Shown here piece after piece: positions 46,817-57,662 of a stretch of 64,000 nt of DNA. The stretch is taken from NCBI GenBank assembly GCA_050250895.1, contig JBFWNU010000001.1, forward strand, positions 2,278,210 through 2,342,209, read 5' to 3'. The position numbers were made by a program, and so were the translations under genes. This stretch comes from Vulcanimicrobiota bacterium (lineage in GTDB: Bacteria > Vulcanimicrobiota > Xenobia > Xenobiales > JADMJV01). How positions within the stretch are numbered: the first letter of the stretch is position 1; each line of letters begins with the position of its first letter. A model generated the notes under the pieces. That model had not been told where the DNA came from. It made no database searches and was given only the letters and a program-made list of their open reading frames with translations.

Positions 46817-49741
46817 TTGCAAAAGCTGCTTGAACTGCGGCAAAGCCTGGCTCACGACTTGGAGAAGGCGGTCGAGGGAGAAATCCGACTCGACCCCTTC
46901 TCCAAAACGTTGTACGCCACTGACGCCAGCATTTATCAGATCGAGCCTCTGGGGGTGGTCGTGCCGCGCCGCCCCGAAGACCTGCTGGCCATCGTCGAGG
47001 TGGCCCGCCGTCACCAGGTGCCCCTGATGGGCCGAGGCGGCGGCACTTCGTTGGCCGGCCAGACGGTCACGGCCGGGCTGTGTGTGGACTTCTCGAAGTA
47101 TCTTGGCCGCACCGAGCAGTTCAACCCTGAGCAACGTTGGGTCGAGGTGCAGCCGGGCAAGGTGCTGGCCGACCTCAATCGCGAGGTCGGCGTCCACGGC
47201 TTGATGTTTGCGCCCGACCCGGCCACTTCAGAACACGCCTGTGTGGGCGGAGTGGTGGCCAACAATTCCTCGGGCATGCGCTCGATCGTCTACGGCAAGA
47301 CCGTCAACCACGTGCTGGGTCTGACCGTCCTGACCTCTGACGGCCAGACGCTGCAACTGGGCGAACTCGATCGCGAGGGACTCGAGGGCAAGCTGGCTCA
47401 ATCCGATCGCGAGGGCGAACTTTACCGAGCCCTGGTCAGCCTGGTCAAGAACAACGCCGAGTTGCTGGTCGAGCGCTATCCCAAGATTTTGCGACGGGTG
47501 TCGGGCTACAACCTCGACGAGTTATTGCGCGGGCTCAGGGCCATTGGCTATGAAGTGCCCGAGTGGACCGGCCTGCAGGCCCCGGCCGCGCGGGTTCCTC
47601 AGGGATTCTCACTGGCTCCGCTGGTGGTGGGTTCTGAAGGTAGTCTGGCTCTGATCACGCGGGCTCGGCTCCATCTAGTCGAAGTGCCTGAAGCGCGCGG
47701 CCTGCTGGTGAGTCATTATTCGGGCCTGCGCGAGGCGCTCGAGGGCAACGCCGCCGTGCTCGAACTCGAGCCCTCGGCCAGCGAACTGCTCGACGAGATG
47801 GTGCTGGGGTTGGCCCGCCAACAGCTCGAGATCGGGCGGCTCATGGATTTTCTCCAAGGCGACCCAAAAGCGGTGGTGGTGGCCGAGTTCTCCGGCACCC
47901 CTCAACAGGTCAAGAAGGCCCTCCAGCGGGCGGCCGCTCACCTCAAGAAGAAGAAGCTGGGTTATGCCCATCTCGAAGTGGCCGACCCGGCCGGCATGGA
48001 CCGAGTCTGGCGGGTGCGCAAAGCCGGCCTTCCGCTCTTGCTGGGCCTCAAGGGCGATCGCAAGCCCATCGCTTTTATCGAAGACACCGCCGTGGCCCCC
48101 GAACGCCTGGTCGAGTATGTGGACCGCTTCGACGAGATCGTACGCTCCGAGGATACGACCGCCGCCTACTATGCCCACGCCAGCGTGGGTTGCCTGCATA
48201 TCCGACCGCTGCTCGATCTTAAAGACCAGGGCGACCTCGATCGCATGCAGCGGCTGTCCGAGCGGATTTCGGACCTGGTGGTCGAGTTCGGCGGCTCGAT
48301 GTCGGGCGAGCATGGCGACGGTCTGGCTCGAGGATTGTGGAATCGCAAGCAGTTCGGAGATACCGTCTATGAGTTGTTTCGCGAGGTCAAGCGGATCTTC
48401 GACCCCGAGAACATGATGAATCCGGGCAAAGTGGTGGACTCGCCGGCTATGACCGGCAACCTGCGATTGGGCACCAGCGTGCCTCGGCGCGTGGACCGAG
48501 CCCACCTCGACTGGAGCCGTGAAGGTGGCCTGTTGGAGGCGGTCGAGCTGTGCAACGGCTCGGGGGTCTGTCGCAAGACCAACCGCGGCACCATGTGCCC
48601 GTCTTATCAGGTGACCCGCGAAGAAGAGCACTCGACCCGAGGTCGCTCCAACCTGTTGCGGGCCGCCCTCAGCGGCCGGCTGCCCCAGGAAGCACGCACC
48701 AGCAAGCGCATGTATGAAGCGTTCGACCTGTGCCTCGAGTGCAAGGGGTGCAAAGCCGAGTGCCCTTCGGGAGTAGACGTGGCCAAGATGAAGTTCGAGT
48801 TTCTGGCCGGCTATTACCAGGCTAACGGGGTGCCCCTGCGCTCGCGCATGTTCGCCCACGGAAGGCTGCTCAACCAGCTGGGTTGCGCGGTGGCGCCGCT
48901 GGCGAACTGGGTGGCCGAGAGCGCGCTGTGGCCACCCCTGGCTCACGCTCTGGGCATCGCCACTCAGCGCCGCTTGCCGCGCTTTGCCCCGCGCACGTTC
49001 TTTCACTGGTGGAAGCAGCGCGTCCCTCGCCAGGGCCGGCCGGTGGCCTTGTTCGTCGACAGCTTTGCCGCTTATAACGAGCCCCATCTGGCCCGGGCGG
49101 CCGTACTGGTGCTCGAGCGCCTGGGCTATGCGGTCGAGTTGGCCGAGCCGGTCTGTTGCGGTCGCACCTTCATCTCGAAGGGTTTGGTCGAGCCAGCTCG
49201 TCGGCTGGCCCAGCGCAACTTCGCCTCGCTGCGGTCGCTGTGGCAGCGAGGTGTGCCGGTCGTGGGTATCGAGCCGTCTTGCATCCTAGCCCCTCGCGAC
49301 GACTACGCAGACTTGATCGGGGCCCAGGACCTCAAACCGGTGGGGGCCAACTGCTTCACCCTGGAGGAGTTTCTGGCCGATCACCAGCTCGAGGTCGACT
49401 TCACTACCAACATGCTCTTGCACGGCCATTGCCATCAGAAAGCTCTGGTGGGAACGGGCCCGAGCCTGTCGCTGTTGGGGCGCCTGGGCCAGGTCCGGGA
49501 GATCGATTCGGGCTGCTGCGGCATGGCCGGCTCCTTTGGCTATGAGGCCGAGCACTACGAGATTTCCCGGGCCATCGGTGAGCGCCGGCTGTTGCCGGCC
49601 GTGCGCGAGCATACCGCCGGCGGAGGCGTGGTGGTGGCGGCCGGCACCTCGTGTCGCCAGCAGATTCGGCACTTCACGGGCCAGCGAGCGCTGCATCCCA
49701 TCGAGGTGGTGGCCCGCGCCCTGGGGGTCAGCGATGAGTAA
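46817..49741 (+). CDS. FAD-linked oxidase fused to 4Fe-4S/CCG domains (YdiJ/GlcD-GlcF-like)
   Basis: FAD_binding_4 ([11 protein letters not shown]), FAD-oxidase_C, ferredoxin-type [12 protein letters not shown], two CCG-type Cys clusters (VCCGRTF…, [12 protein letters not shown]). The start (TTG ~46817) is uncertain because the track ORF overlaps the upstream stop. Confidence 0.85.
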   Translation: MQKLLELRQSLAHDLEKAVEGEIRLDPFSKTLYATDASIYQIEPLGVVVPRRPEDLLAIVEVARRHQVPLMGRGGGTSLAGQTVTAGLCVDFSKYLGRTEQFNPEQRWVEVQPGKVLADLNREVGVHGLMFAPDPATSEHACVGGVVANNSSGMRSIVYGKTVNHVLGLTVLTSDGQTLQLGELDREGLEGKLAQSDREGELYRALVSLVKNNAELLVERYPKILRRVSGYNLDELLRGLRAIGYEVPEWTGLQAPAARVPQGFSLAPLVVGSEGSLALITRARLHLVEVPEARGLLVSHYSGLREALEGNAAVLELEPSASELLDEMVLGLARQQLEIGRLMDFLQGDPKAVVVAEFSGTPQQVKKALQRAAAHLKKKKLGYAHLEVADPAGMDRVWRVRKAGLPLLLGLKGDRKPIAFIEDTAVAPERLVEYVDRFDEIVRSEDTTAAYYAHASVGCLHIRPLLDLKDQGDLDRMQRLSERISDLVVEFGGSMSGEHGDGLARGLWNRKQFGDTVYELFREVKRIFDPENMMNPGKVVDSPAMTGNLRLGTSVPRRVDRAHLDWSREGGLLEAVELCNGSGVCRKTNRGTMCPSYQVTREEEHSTRGRSNLLRAALSGRLPQEARTSKRMYEAFDLCLECKGCKAECPSGVDVAKMKFEFLAGYYQANGVPLRSRMFAHGRLLNQLGCAVAPLANWVAESALWPPLAHALGIATQRRLPRFAPRTFFHWWKQRVPRQGRPVALFVDSFAAYNEPHLARAAVLVLERLGYAVELAEPVCCGRTFISKGLVEPARRLAQRNFASLRSLWQRGVPVVGIEPSCILAPRDDYADLIGAQDLKPVGANCFTLEEFLADHQLEVDFTTNMLLHGHCHQKALVGTGPSLSLLGRLGQVREIDSGCCGMAGSFGYEAEHYEISRAIGERRLLPAVREHTAGGGVVVAAGTSCRQQIRHFTGQRALHPIEVVARALGVSDE

Positions 49742-50813
49742 CGTTTTCGGACGGCTGTTTCGAATTTCCACCTGGGGAGAGTCCCACGGCGGTGGCGTGG
49801 GGGTGGTCATCGACGGCTGCCCGCCCCGCATCCCCATCGAACTCGAGGCCATCCAGGCCGAACTCGACCGTCGCCGTCCCGGCCAGAGCCACGTCACCAC
49901 CCCCCGCGACGAGAGCGACACGGTCGAGATTCTCTCAGGACTCTTCGAAGGCCAGACGCTGGGCTCGCCCATCTCGATGATGGTGCGCAACAAGGACGCC
50001 CGGCCCCAGGCTTACGACCACCTCAAGGAGGTCTACCGACCCTCCCACGCCGACTACACCTACGAGGCCAAGTACGGCATCCGCAACTGGATGGGCGGGG
50101 GACGTTCGAGCGCCCGCGAGACGGTCGGCCGGGTGGCCGCCGGAGCCGTGGCCCGGCGTTATCTCGAAGTGGCCTACGGCATCGAAGTGCTGGCCTGGGT
50201 GAAGAGCGTCCACGACATCGACTCTGAGGTGTCCCATGAGGGGCTCACCCGCGAGGCGATCGAGGCCAACATCGTGCGCTGCCCCGACGCCCAGGCGGCG
50301 ACCCGGATGATCGAGCGGATCGAGGCCCTCAAAGAAGACGGGAACTCGGCCGGGGGAGTGATCGAAGTGATCGCCCGCAACCTGCCCCCCGGATTGGGGG
50401 ATCCTGTTTTCGGGCGCCTCGAGGCCGAGTTGGCTCGAGCCTTCATGAGCATCCCCGCCACCAAAGGGGTCGAGATCGGTTCAGGCTTTGCCGGCACGCG
50501 CCTGACCGGCATCGAGCACAACGACCCGTTCTATATGAAAGACGGCCGGCCGCGCACTCGCTCCAATCGGTCAGGCGGAGTCCAGGGTGGCATTTCCAAC
50601 GGCGAAGATGTGGTCATGCGGGTGGCTTTCAAGCCCACCTCGACCGTGAGCAAGGAGCAGGACACCGTCGACCGCCAGGGGCGCGAGGTGAAACTCTCGG
50701 CCCAGGGGCGCCACGACCCCTGCGTGTTACCCAGGGCCGTGCCGATTGTCGAGGCTATGGCCTGCCTGGTGTTGGCCGATCTGAGCCTGATCCACCGCGG
50801 CCAGAACGGCTAG
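49734..50813 (+). CDS. aroC: Chorismate synthase
   Basis: [31 protein letters not shown]… is a canonical AroC N-terminus; 359 aa from ATG 49734. The track ORF start at 49536 is an upstream artefact. Confidence 0.95.
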   Translation: MSNVFGRLFRISTWGESHGGGVGVVIDGCPPRIPIELEAIQAELDRRRPGQSHVTTPRDESDTVEILSGLFEGQTLGSPISMMVRNKDARPQAYDHLKEVYRPSHADYTYEAKYGIRNWMGGGRSSARETVGRVAAGAVARRYLEVAYGIEVLAWVKSVHDIDSEVSHEGLTREAIEANIVRCPDAQAATRMIERIEALKEDGNSAGGVIEVIARNLPPGLGDPVFGRLEAELARAFMSIPATKGVEIGSGFAGTRLTGIEHNDPFYMKDGRPRTRSNRSGGVQGGISNGEDVVMRVAFKPTSTVSKEQDTVDRQGREVKLSAQGRHDPCVLPRAVPIVEAMACLVLADLSLIHRGQNG

Positions 50814-50815
50814 GC

Positions 50816-53074
50816 GTGGCGCTCACTTCCGAGCAGGCCCTGACCGAGTTTGTCGCCGTGGCCGGCCCCCGGTTGGCGGGCTTCGAGGTGTTATCGGGCG
50901 ACTCGCTGCGAGGGTTTCGAGGCGAGCGCGAGGGGGTCTATCTGTGGGTCATGGTGCGTCATTTTCGCCGGGGGCGACGCTTCGCCATTAAAGTGGGCGC
51001 CTCTTATTTCGGCCAGCTCGAAGTGGCCTGGCTTGACTCGGCTTTGACCCGCTATCGCGCCTACCGGCTCGCTTACACCTCGAAGTCCCAGGCTAAAAGG
51101 GGACTGCGCCGCGACGTGTTGTGGAACTCGATGAAGATGGACCTTTCGCGGTTGGCCAGGGGGTTGAGCGAAGAGGTGGGCGAGGTGGTGGCGGCCGTCG
51201 AGCAGGGCTCGGACCCGACCGGCTTTCCTGCTCTCGAGGCCGCCCTGCGCGCTTACCTGGCTCAGCCAGAGCGACCCCGGGCCGCCCACCAGGAGATGAC
51301 CGGCTACCTGGCCGGGCTCCGTCTCGAGGGTAGCCGCGACTCCGAGGGCGAGTTCAGTCTCGAGGCCGGCCGGGCCCGCGAGAAGCTGCAGGCCTTTGCC
51401 CTCGAAAAGCAAGAGGACATCCTGGTCCACTTGCTGGCAGCCACCGTGGCCCTGGGAGCAAGCAAAGTCTCGGTCCGCCTCGACGCCGATGATCTGGAGG
51501 TGGAGTTTAATGGAGCCGAACTCTCGGCCTCCGACCTCCAGAGTCTGTTTACTCACTTGCTCATAGGAGAGGGCTTTGACTGGAGGCGGCATCTGGCCCT
51601 GGCTCTGAGCGCGGCTGCCGGCCTCGAGACCCGTTTAATCCACCTCGAGAGCGCCAACCGCCGGCTGGTGGTCGAGGTCGACGGCGAAGAGCTGGTCGAC
51701 AGCCCCGCCCGCCAGGGTAACCGCGTCCACATTCGGCGCGCCCCTGGCCTGGCCGTGTTGAAACGTTTCTTTTCGGCTCTATTCTCGCCCCGGCTGGAAA
51801 TCGAGCATGTGCGCCGGCGCTGTCCCCACTTTCCGCTTCCGCTGTCGATCAACGAGCGCGACGAGAGCAGGCCGCTGGCACCGGTTCGTTACAGCACCTC
51901 CATCGAGCTCTTTCATGAACAGGCAAAGCTCTGGCTCGGTTCAACCGGCAAATACCACCGTCGCCAGGCCTCGCAAGGCTGCTATTCGGCCCTGGTGGGC
52001 CTCGGCAGTCTGGTCCAACCGGGACTCTGGGTCCAGCGCCACGGTGTCTGGCTGACCCGACCGAATCTTGATTGGGAACTTGTCACCGAAATGGTGGTCG
52101 AGGCCCCCAGCCTGACCACCGACCTTTCTTATTCGGGCGTGACCGACTCGCCCCAGTGGCGCGAGCTGGTCGAAGAACTGCGTCAGGTCGAGCAGCAGGT
52201 GCTAGAAGAAACGGCCGCGACCTATCTCGAGCGACCCCAAAACGAGCAAAAAGAGTTGGGGCCGCTGTTGCTCAAGCTGGCCAGAACCCGTCTTCCGTCG
52301 GCTTTGAAGCTACCCCTGGTGCCGGTGGTGGGCGGCATGGTCACCCTCGACTTCCTGGACCAGCAGTATCAGGACCGGGGCCGGCTGCTCAAGACCGCCC
52401 GCGAGTGGACCCACCCGCCCCTCGACGGGCAGACGGTCGTTTCCATGTTGGGCCACCACGGGCGTATTCTCCAAGAGCGGTACGCTCTCTGGGATTTCGG
52501 TGACACCCTATTGCATCAGGCCGAGGTTTACCACCAGAGGTTGGCGGAGTGGTTGGCCCTGCCGGTCCGCGAGTTGGCTCTTCAGGGTTCGTTTGCCCAT
52601 ACTTTCGAAGCTTCTCAACCTCGTCTCAAGCTCGGTCTGACCGCTCGCCTCGACGAGCCCCAGCTGCAGTGGTGGTCGCAGGGGCGTCCGGTTCTCTATC
52701 AACGGTCCGTTGCTTTGCCGGCCGGCTGCCAGGCCGTGCTCGAGAACGACGAGCTCAGGACCAACTACGACTGGACTAGCCTGCACGAGGACGAGAGCTA
52801 TCGTGCCTGCCTGGCGGCTTTGGAGAAGGCCCTCGACCAATTGTATCGCGGGTTGGGTGATGAACCACTCGAGCGGGCTCATCGCTTGAGCTATCTTCTC
52901 TTTTGTCTCAAGCGCCGGGCCGTGCCGGGGTGGTTGCGTCAGGTCGGCGTGGTCGAAGTCGACCAGGAACTGCTCAGCTACCAGGCTCTGCGCCAAAAGC
53001 CGGGTCTACTCCAACGGGCCGAGACCAACCGCCTTGACCGAGGCCTGGTGGCTAGCCTGGAGCAATACCTGTAG
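50816..53074 (+). CDS. Hypothetical protein (752 aa)
   Basis: GTG start 2 nt after the aroC stop. Long uninterrupted frame with typical high-GC codon bias. No domain recognised by eye. Confidence 0.65.
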   Translation: MALTSEQALTEFVAVAGPRLAGFEVLSGDSLRGFRGEREGVYLWVMVRHFRRGRRFAIKVGASYFGQLEVAWLDSALTRYRAYRLAYTSKSQAKRGLRRDVLWNSMKMDLSRLARGLSEEVGEVVAAVEQGSDPTGFPALEAALRAYLAQPERPRAAHQEMTGYLAGLRLEGSRDSEGEFSLEAGRAREKLQAFALEKQEDILVHLLAATVALGASKVSVRLDADDLEVEFNGAELSASDLQSLFTHLLIGEGFDWRRHLALALSAAAGLETRLIHLESANRRLVVEVDGEELVDSPARQGNRVHIRRAPGLAVLKRFFSALFSPRLEIEHVRRRCPHFPLPLSINERDESRPLAPVRYSTSIELFHEQAKLWLGSTGKYHRRQASQGCYSALVGLGSLVQPGLWVQRHGVWLTRPNLDWELVTEMVVEAPSLTTDLSYSGVTDSPQWRELVEELRQVEQQVLEETAATYLERPQNEQKELGPLLLKLARTRLPSALKLPLVPVVGGMVTLDFLDQQYQDRGRLLKTAREWTHPPLDGQTVVSMLGHHGRILQERYALWDFGDTLLHQAEVYHQRLAEWLALPVRELALQGSFAHTFEASQPRLKLGLTARLDEPQLQWWSQGRPVLYQRSVALPAGCQAVLENDELRTNYDWTSLHEDESYRACLAALEKALDQLYRGLGDEPLERAHRLSYLLFCLKRRAVPGWLRQVGVVEVDQELLSYQALRQKPGLLQRAETNRLDRGLVASLEQYL

Positions 53075-53172
53075 GCGTTCGAGAGGGGAGGAGCTTGAGC
53101 CGGGTTTGAGGAAGGCGTGCCTCCCGACAGAGGCCGGAACGGCTTGGTAGAGGGCCCCCACTTCAAGGAGGA

Positions 53173-54255
53173 ATGATGTTATATCAGAAGGGCGGAGCGG
53201 TTTTCGCCGAGATTCAGGATCAGCCGAGACTGTGGAAAGAGGTCTTGCAAAGCCTCCACAATCGTCGTCAAGAGCTGCAGACCTGGCTCAAGTCCGAGAA
53301 TTTCGGTCAGGTGCTCTTCATCGGCACCGGAGATGCCTACGGGGTGGCCCTCTCTGCCGCTCACATCCTGCAACTGGTGTCGGGCCTCAATACGGTGGCT
53401 CTACCCGCCAGCGAGATCCTTTATCTGCGCCGCCCACCCTATGACAGCCGCATCAAGACCCTGGTGGTGGCCCTTTCCACTAACGGAGAGTGCGAAGACA
53501 CTCACTGGGCTCTCGAGAAGCTGCGCAAGTTGCACACCACCTGCCGGGCGCTTTTCATTGGCGGGGCGGTGGGTAAACTCGGCAACCCGCTTACCGAGCA
53601 GCAGATCTTGATCAACGATTGCCTCGAAGAAGGTCCGGTGGCCACCCGCTGTCCCTCCTCGATGCTGCTGGCTTGCATGATCATCACCGCCTGGATTTCG
53701 GACAAAGAAGTCTTCATGAACGAGCTGGTGAAACTGCCCGACGCCATCGACTTCAAATCGCTGCAAGACCAGCTTCAGAAGGCCGCCACCATCAAGCCGC
53801 TGCCGATGCACGTGACCTTCCTGGGTTCAGGCCCCTATCTCGGGGCGGCCGTGCACGGGTCGCTCAAAGTGCGCGAGATGGCTGCCATCGGAGCCGAATA
53901 TCAGAACCCGCTCGAGTATCGCCACGGCAGCCACTGTTGGCTGACGAACCAGACGATGGTCGTGACCCTGGTTTCGGACACCTTTCGCGACGCCGAGCTG
54001 CGTACCACCTTCCAATTGGCCTCGACCCGCGCCCCTCGGCTGCTGGTCTCGGAGCAGTTGGACATGCAGGCCCAGATGCGCGTCGATCAGGCCGTGCAGT
54101 TGGCTAGCGGGGTGAGCGAGATCTCGCGGATCTTGTTGATGTTTCCGGTGGTTCAGCTGTTAGCTTTCTATATGGCTATCAGTAAAGGCAAGAATCCCGA
54201 TAAGCCCAAGCACCTCGAGGCGGCCATCGAGATCAAAGAGAGGCCCGGCGTCTAG
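53173..54255 (+). CDS. SIS-domain sugar isomerase/deaminase-like protein (tandem SIS)
   Basis: AAGGAGG RBS, SIS motif FIGTGDAYGVALSAAHILQ and a second SIS-like half; 360 aa. Confidence 0.75.
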   Translation: MMLYQKGGAVFAEIQDQPRLWKEVLQSLHNRRQELQTWLKSENFGQVLFIGTGDAYGVALSAAHILQLVSGLNTVALPASEILYLRRPPYDSRIKTLVVALSTNGECEDTHWALEKLRKLHTTCRALFIGGAVGKLGNPLTEQQILINDCLEEGPVATRCPSSMLLACMIITAWISDKEVFMNELVKLPDAIDFKSLQDQLQKAATIKPLPMHVTFLGSGPYLGAAVHGSLKVREMAAIGAEYQNPLEYRHGSHCWLTNQTMVVTLVSDTFRDAELRTTFQLASTRAPRLLVSEQLDMQAQMRVDQAVQLASGVSEISRILLMFPVVQLLAFYMAISKGKNPDKPKHLEAAIEIKERPGV

Positions 54256-54256
54256 C

Positions 54257-54673
54257 GTGTTCGACCGTCTTCTCTGGTGGCAGTTGCTGCTGGTGCTGTC
54301 ACCCATCGTGTTGACGATGTACGTCGTTCGCCATCGCGAGAACGTAGAGCAGGGTGTGGATTTTCGCTCACTGACCAATCAGCAGAAGAGCTGGTTGTTC
54401 ATGACCATGCTTCCTCCGGGCACGATGGCCTCCTTGTTGGCTTTGCTCAAGCCCGAGGTCCGTGAAGAGATGCTGGCCGAAGCCACGAAAATCCGTGGCA
54501 ATCGTCGCACCGCGGCGGTGCCGGTGGCCCGAGAATTTTTGCAGTCCGTGGGCGAAACCCGCAAGCTCAAAAGCAACGAGCCCTCGGAAATGATGGACTG
54601 GGTGAGCTTCGAATACGACGACAACCCAGCCAAGCTTTTGGCCAGCATCAACAAGTGCTGGCCTCAATCGTGA
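54257..54673 (+). CDS. Hypothetical small membrane-associated protein
   Basis: GTG 2 nt after the upstream stop, N-terminal hydrophobic helix; 138 aa. Confidence 0.45.
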   Translation: MFDRLLWWQLLLVLSPIVLTMYVVRHRENVEQGVDFRSLTNQQKSWLFMTMLPPGTMASLLALLKPEVREEMLAEATKIRGNRRTAAVPVAREFLQSVGETRKLKSNEPSEMMDWVSFEYDDNPAKLLASINKCWPQS

Positions 54674-55767
54674 GCCCTTCGCCCGAGAACGCGCTTTATT
54701 TCGAACTGCACCGTCAGCTAGAGGCCGGACGACCGGTGATTCTGGCCACCATCGTGCGCAGCTGGGGCTCCACCCCGCGCGAGGTCGGGGCTCGCATGTT
54801 GATCCTCGAGGACGGCTCCATCCGAGGCACGGTGGGTGGCGGCTGCGGCGAGGCCGAGGTGTGGCAGGCAGCCATGGAGCTTTTCGAGGAAGGCGGCGCC
54901 AAACTGGTGCAGGTCGACCTGACCGACTCGCCCGAATCCGATAGCGGAAAGGTCTGCGGTGGCCGCCAGGAGGTGCTGGTGGAGCATTGGGACGCCAGCC
55001 GCGCCGAGTTGGCCGCGGCCATCAGCCGGGCCCTGCAAGGGAAAGAGTCGCGCTGGCTGGCTACGGTGTTGGGGCGCCCCGGCCCGCCCCTGTGGAAAAC
55101 GGGGGTCGAGCCCGAGCCCACCGCCCTGCCTGTGGCCACACGCTGGCTCGAGCAGTTCAACGACCCCGGCCTCGATTGGCAAGACCAGACCTATCAGACG
55201 GTCACGTTCGAGGGCGAGCAGCTGGAGTGTTTCGTCGAGCGCCTGGCGCCACCACCCCGGCTCGTCATCGCGGGGGCCGGTCACATCGCTCGCCCCCTGT
55301 GCCGGATGGGAGCGCTGTGCGGGCTGGCGGTGGTGGTGGTGGACGATCGGCCCGACTATGCCGAGCCTAAGTTTTTTCCCGAAGCAGCCGATATCATCTG
55401 TTGTCCCTTCGAAGACTTTTTTCGTCGCTCATTCGGAACCGACGATTACATCGTGCTGGTGACCCGCGGGCACCGCCACGACGAGGATTGCTTGCGCTGC
55501 CTGGTAGGCGCCCAGCTCGGTTACCTGGGGATGATTGGGAGTAAAAGGAGGATTCGAGCTGTTTTTGACGATCTTACGTCTGAAGGTGTGAGTGCGGATT
55601 GGCTGGGCCAAGTTTATGCCCCCATCGGACTCGACATCGGGGCGCGGACACCTGAGGAGATCGCGGTCTGTATACTGGCCGAAATCATCCAGGTTCGGCG
55701 CCGAGGAGAAGCGTCTGTGCTCTCTCTTTCGACAGGAAACCGAACACGTGTTTGCGAACGAAATTGA
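54655..55767 (+). CDS. XdhC/CoxI-family molybdo-enzyme maturation factor
   Basis: XdhC_CoxI N-domain (PVILATIVRSWGSTPREVGARMLI) and Rossmann XdhC_C (LVIAGAGHIARPL…VVVDDRPDY). An alternative GTG at 54670 overlaps the upstream TGA. Confidence 0.8.
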   Translation: MLASIVSPSPENALYFELHRQLEAGRPVILATIVRSWGSTPREVGARMLILEDGSIRGTVGGGCGEAEVWQAAMELFEEGGAKLVQVDLTDSPESDSGKVCGGRQEVLVEHWDASRAELAAAISRALQGKESRWLATVLGRPGPPLWKTGVEPEPTALPVATRWLEQFNDPGLDWQDQTYQTVTFEGEQLECFVERLAPPPRLVIAGAGHIARPLCRMGALCGLAVVVVDDRPDYAEPKFFPEAADIICCPFEDFFRRSFGTDDYIVLVTRGHRHDEDCLRCLVGAQLGYLGMIGSKRRIRAVFDDLTSEGVSADWLGQVYAPIGLDIGARTPEEIAVCILAEIIQVRRRGEASVLSLSTGNRTRVCERN

Positions 55768-55843
55768 CAGCTACAGGGGCCCGAAGTATAATCGGCTCTA
55801 TTCTTCTCCACCACTGGGGGATTCTGGGATTCTAGGGAGGACT

Positions 55844-56635
55844 ATGAAGCGTTTACTAGCTTTTTCGATCATTTTGTTTTTGGCGGCCCTACCGGCTGCT
55901 GCCCAGGACCTTCTCGATGGTGGGTTCGACGTTCCCGGCGAAGGCATTCAGGCTGAACTCGTGCCCGAACTGCAGCCGGAAGTTCCGACTGTGCGGCTGT
56001 CCAACGACGAGGTTCGCAAAATGGGACTGATGCTGCCCGAGAATCGCCAGGTCGCGAAAGAAGCCGACACCCAGTATGCGGGCGATCTGCCCCCCATCTA
56101 CGTCAGCGTGCGCACCCGGGTCTACGAGAAAGTGGCCGTGGCTGCTCCTGAAGCCGCCCAGCGCCGTCGTCGCTCGCTGGCCTCACGCGGCGCTCACGCC
56201 GCTCCCACCGGCGGAGTGACCTACAAGACCGTCGCTCGTAGCGTCGACGGGCGCCTCGACATCACTCCCATCATCAATCGTTATGCCAAGAAATACGATC
56301 TGGATCCGTGGCTCATCCGCGGCGTCATCGAGGTCGAGTCTGCCTTCCGCCCCTACGCCCAGTCGGGCGCTGGCGCCGGTGGCCTGATGCAGCTGATGCC
56401 CGGTACGGCCGGCTACCTCGGTTGCCGCGACCGCTTCGACCCCGAGCAGAACATCGAAGCGGGAGCACGCTACCTGCGCATGATGCTCGACCGGTTCGGT
56501 AAGGTCGAGCTGGCCATCGCCGCTTACAACGCCGGCCCCGGTAACGTCGAGCGTTACGGCGGCATTCCGCCCTTCGCCGAAACCCAGCGTTACGTCGTGA
56601 AGGTCAAGCGCGCCTGGCAGGGCCGCGGCGAGTAG
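55844..56635 (+). CDS. Lytic transglycosylase (SLT domain) with signal peptide
   Basis: GGGAGG RBS, signal MKRLLAFSIILFLAALPAAAQ, SLT catalytic core EVESAFRPYAQS…GLMQLMPGTA…AAYNAGPGNV. Confidence 0.85.
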   Translation: MKRLLAFSIILFLAALPAAAQDLLDGGFDVPGEGIQAELVPELQPEVPTVRLSNDEVRKMGLMLPENRQVAKEADTQYAGDLPPIYVSVRTRVYEKVAVAAPEAAQRRRRSLASRGAHAAPTGGVTYKTVARSVDGRLDITPIINRYAKKYDLDPWLIRGVIEVESAFRPYAQSGAGAGGLMQLMPGTAGYLGCRDRFDPEQNIEAGARYLRMMLDRFGKVELAIAAYNAGPGNVERYGGIPPFAETQRYVVKVKRAWQGRGE

Positions 56636-56754
56636 ACTCCGGCTACAGATGGATGGAAGAGGCTCTCCTTGAAGAGGGCCTCTTTCGTTGGTTGGAGAAA
56701 GCATGCTCGGATCGAGGCGACCTGCCTCACCCCCACAGAACAAGGAGGCAACTC

Positions 56755-57324
56755 TTGCAAGTCACCGTCAAAGGTAAGCATTTCGATGTCACCGAGGCTC
56801 TCAAAGTCTACGCCAACGAAAAAGTCACGAAGATCTCCCGTTATTTCGATCACGTAATCTCCGCAGACGTCACCCTCTCCACCGAGCGCAATTGGCACAT
56901 CGCCGAAGTTACTGTTTTCGGACAGGGCTTTGATATGCGAGGCGAAGAGCGCACCAAGGACATGTACAATTCCATCGACCGCGTCATCGACAAGCTCGAG
57001 CGTCAGATCAAAAAGCAAAAGGGCAAGGTGGTGGCCCGCCGCCCCTCGCGCAGTGGAGCAACTGCCGCGCCCGAGGTCGAGGCCGCCCCGACCGCGACCA
57101 AGAAGAAGTCCGAAGCCGAAGTTGATCGCTACGCTCCTCGGGTCGACCATGTCAATAGCTACCTGGCCGAACCCATGACTATCGAAGAAGCCATCAAAGA
57201 TATGGAAGCTCACGGACACGAGTTCCTGCCCTTCCTCAACGTCGAGTCCGACCGCATCAACGTCGTCTACAAGCGCGAGCGCGGCTACGGCCTCATCGAC
57301 CCCCGTATCGAAGACGTCGAATAG
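56755..57324 (+). CDS. hpf: Ribosome hibernation-promoting factor, long form
   Basis: TTG start 7 nt after AAGGAGG. MQVTVKGKHFDVTEALKVYANEKVTKISRYF matches the HPF/RaiA N-domain; C-terminal dimerisation extension present. Confidence 0.85.
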   Translation: MQVTVKGKHFDVTEALKVYANEKVTKISRYFDHVISADVTLSTERNWHIAEVTVFGQGFDMRGEERTKDMYNSIDRVIDKLERQIKKQKGKVVARRPSRSGATAAPEVEAAPTATKKKSEAEVDRYAPRVDHVNSYLAEPMTIEEAIKDMEAHGHEFLPFLNVESDRINVVYKRERGYGLIDPRIEDVE

Positions 57325-57339
57325 CTTCGTTACGGTCTT

Positions 57340-57385
57340 CTCTAGCGAACAGCTCCGCCCTGGCGCGGAGCTGTTTCGTTCTAAG
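57340..57385 (+). terminator. Probable rho-independent terminator after hpf
   Basis: Hairpin aacagctccgc-cctg-gcgcggagctgtt followed by TCGTTCT. Confidence 0.45.
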
Positions 57386-57441
57386 AGGGAGGGGCCGCTC
57401 GGGCCAGGCGAGAATCGTTACGCCAACGAAGGTTCGGCATT

Positions 57442-57648
57442 TTGGCTTCGGTTATCTGTAAATTCTGCAAAGGCTCAGGGCAAGTAGATTGCCCGGGCAG
57501 CAAAACTCTTTCGGCTCTGACGGAGTTTTATGACACAGGAAAGACGACCTGTACTGGTTCCGACTGTACTGTCTGTCAAGGGGAGGGCCGGATCCGATGC
57601 CCCGCCTGTTTGGGCGGTGGTCTAGTCGAGATGCCAATTTTCGCTTGA
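57442..57648 (+). CDS. Small DnaJ-type (CxxCxGxG) zinc-finger protein
   Basis: 68 aa with CKFCKGSGQVDCPG and CTVCQGEGRIRCPAC, i.e. two CxxCxGxG-like repeats. Confidence 0.5.
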   Translation: MASVICKFCKGSGQVDCPGSKTLSALTEFYDTGKTTCTGSDCTVCQGEGRIRCPACLGGGLVEMPIFA

Positions 57649-57662
57649 ACGGTGAGGTAGAA

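Noticed and set aside
47675-49087. 470-aa ORF antisense to the FAD-oxidase/Fe-S gene
   Set aside because: It is embedded opposite conserved FAD-binding and CCG domains.
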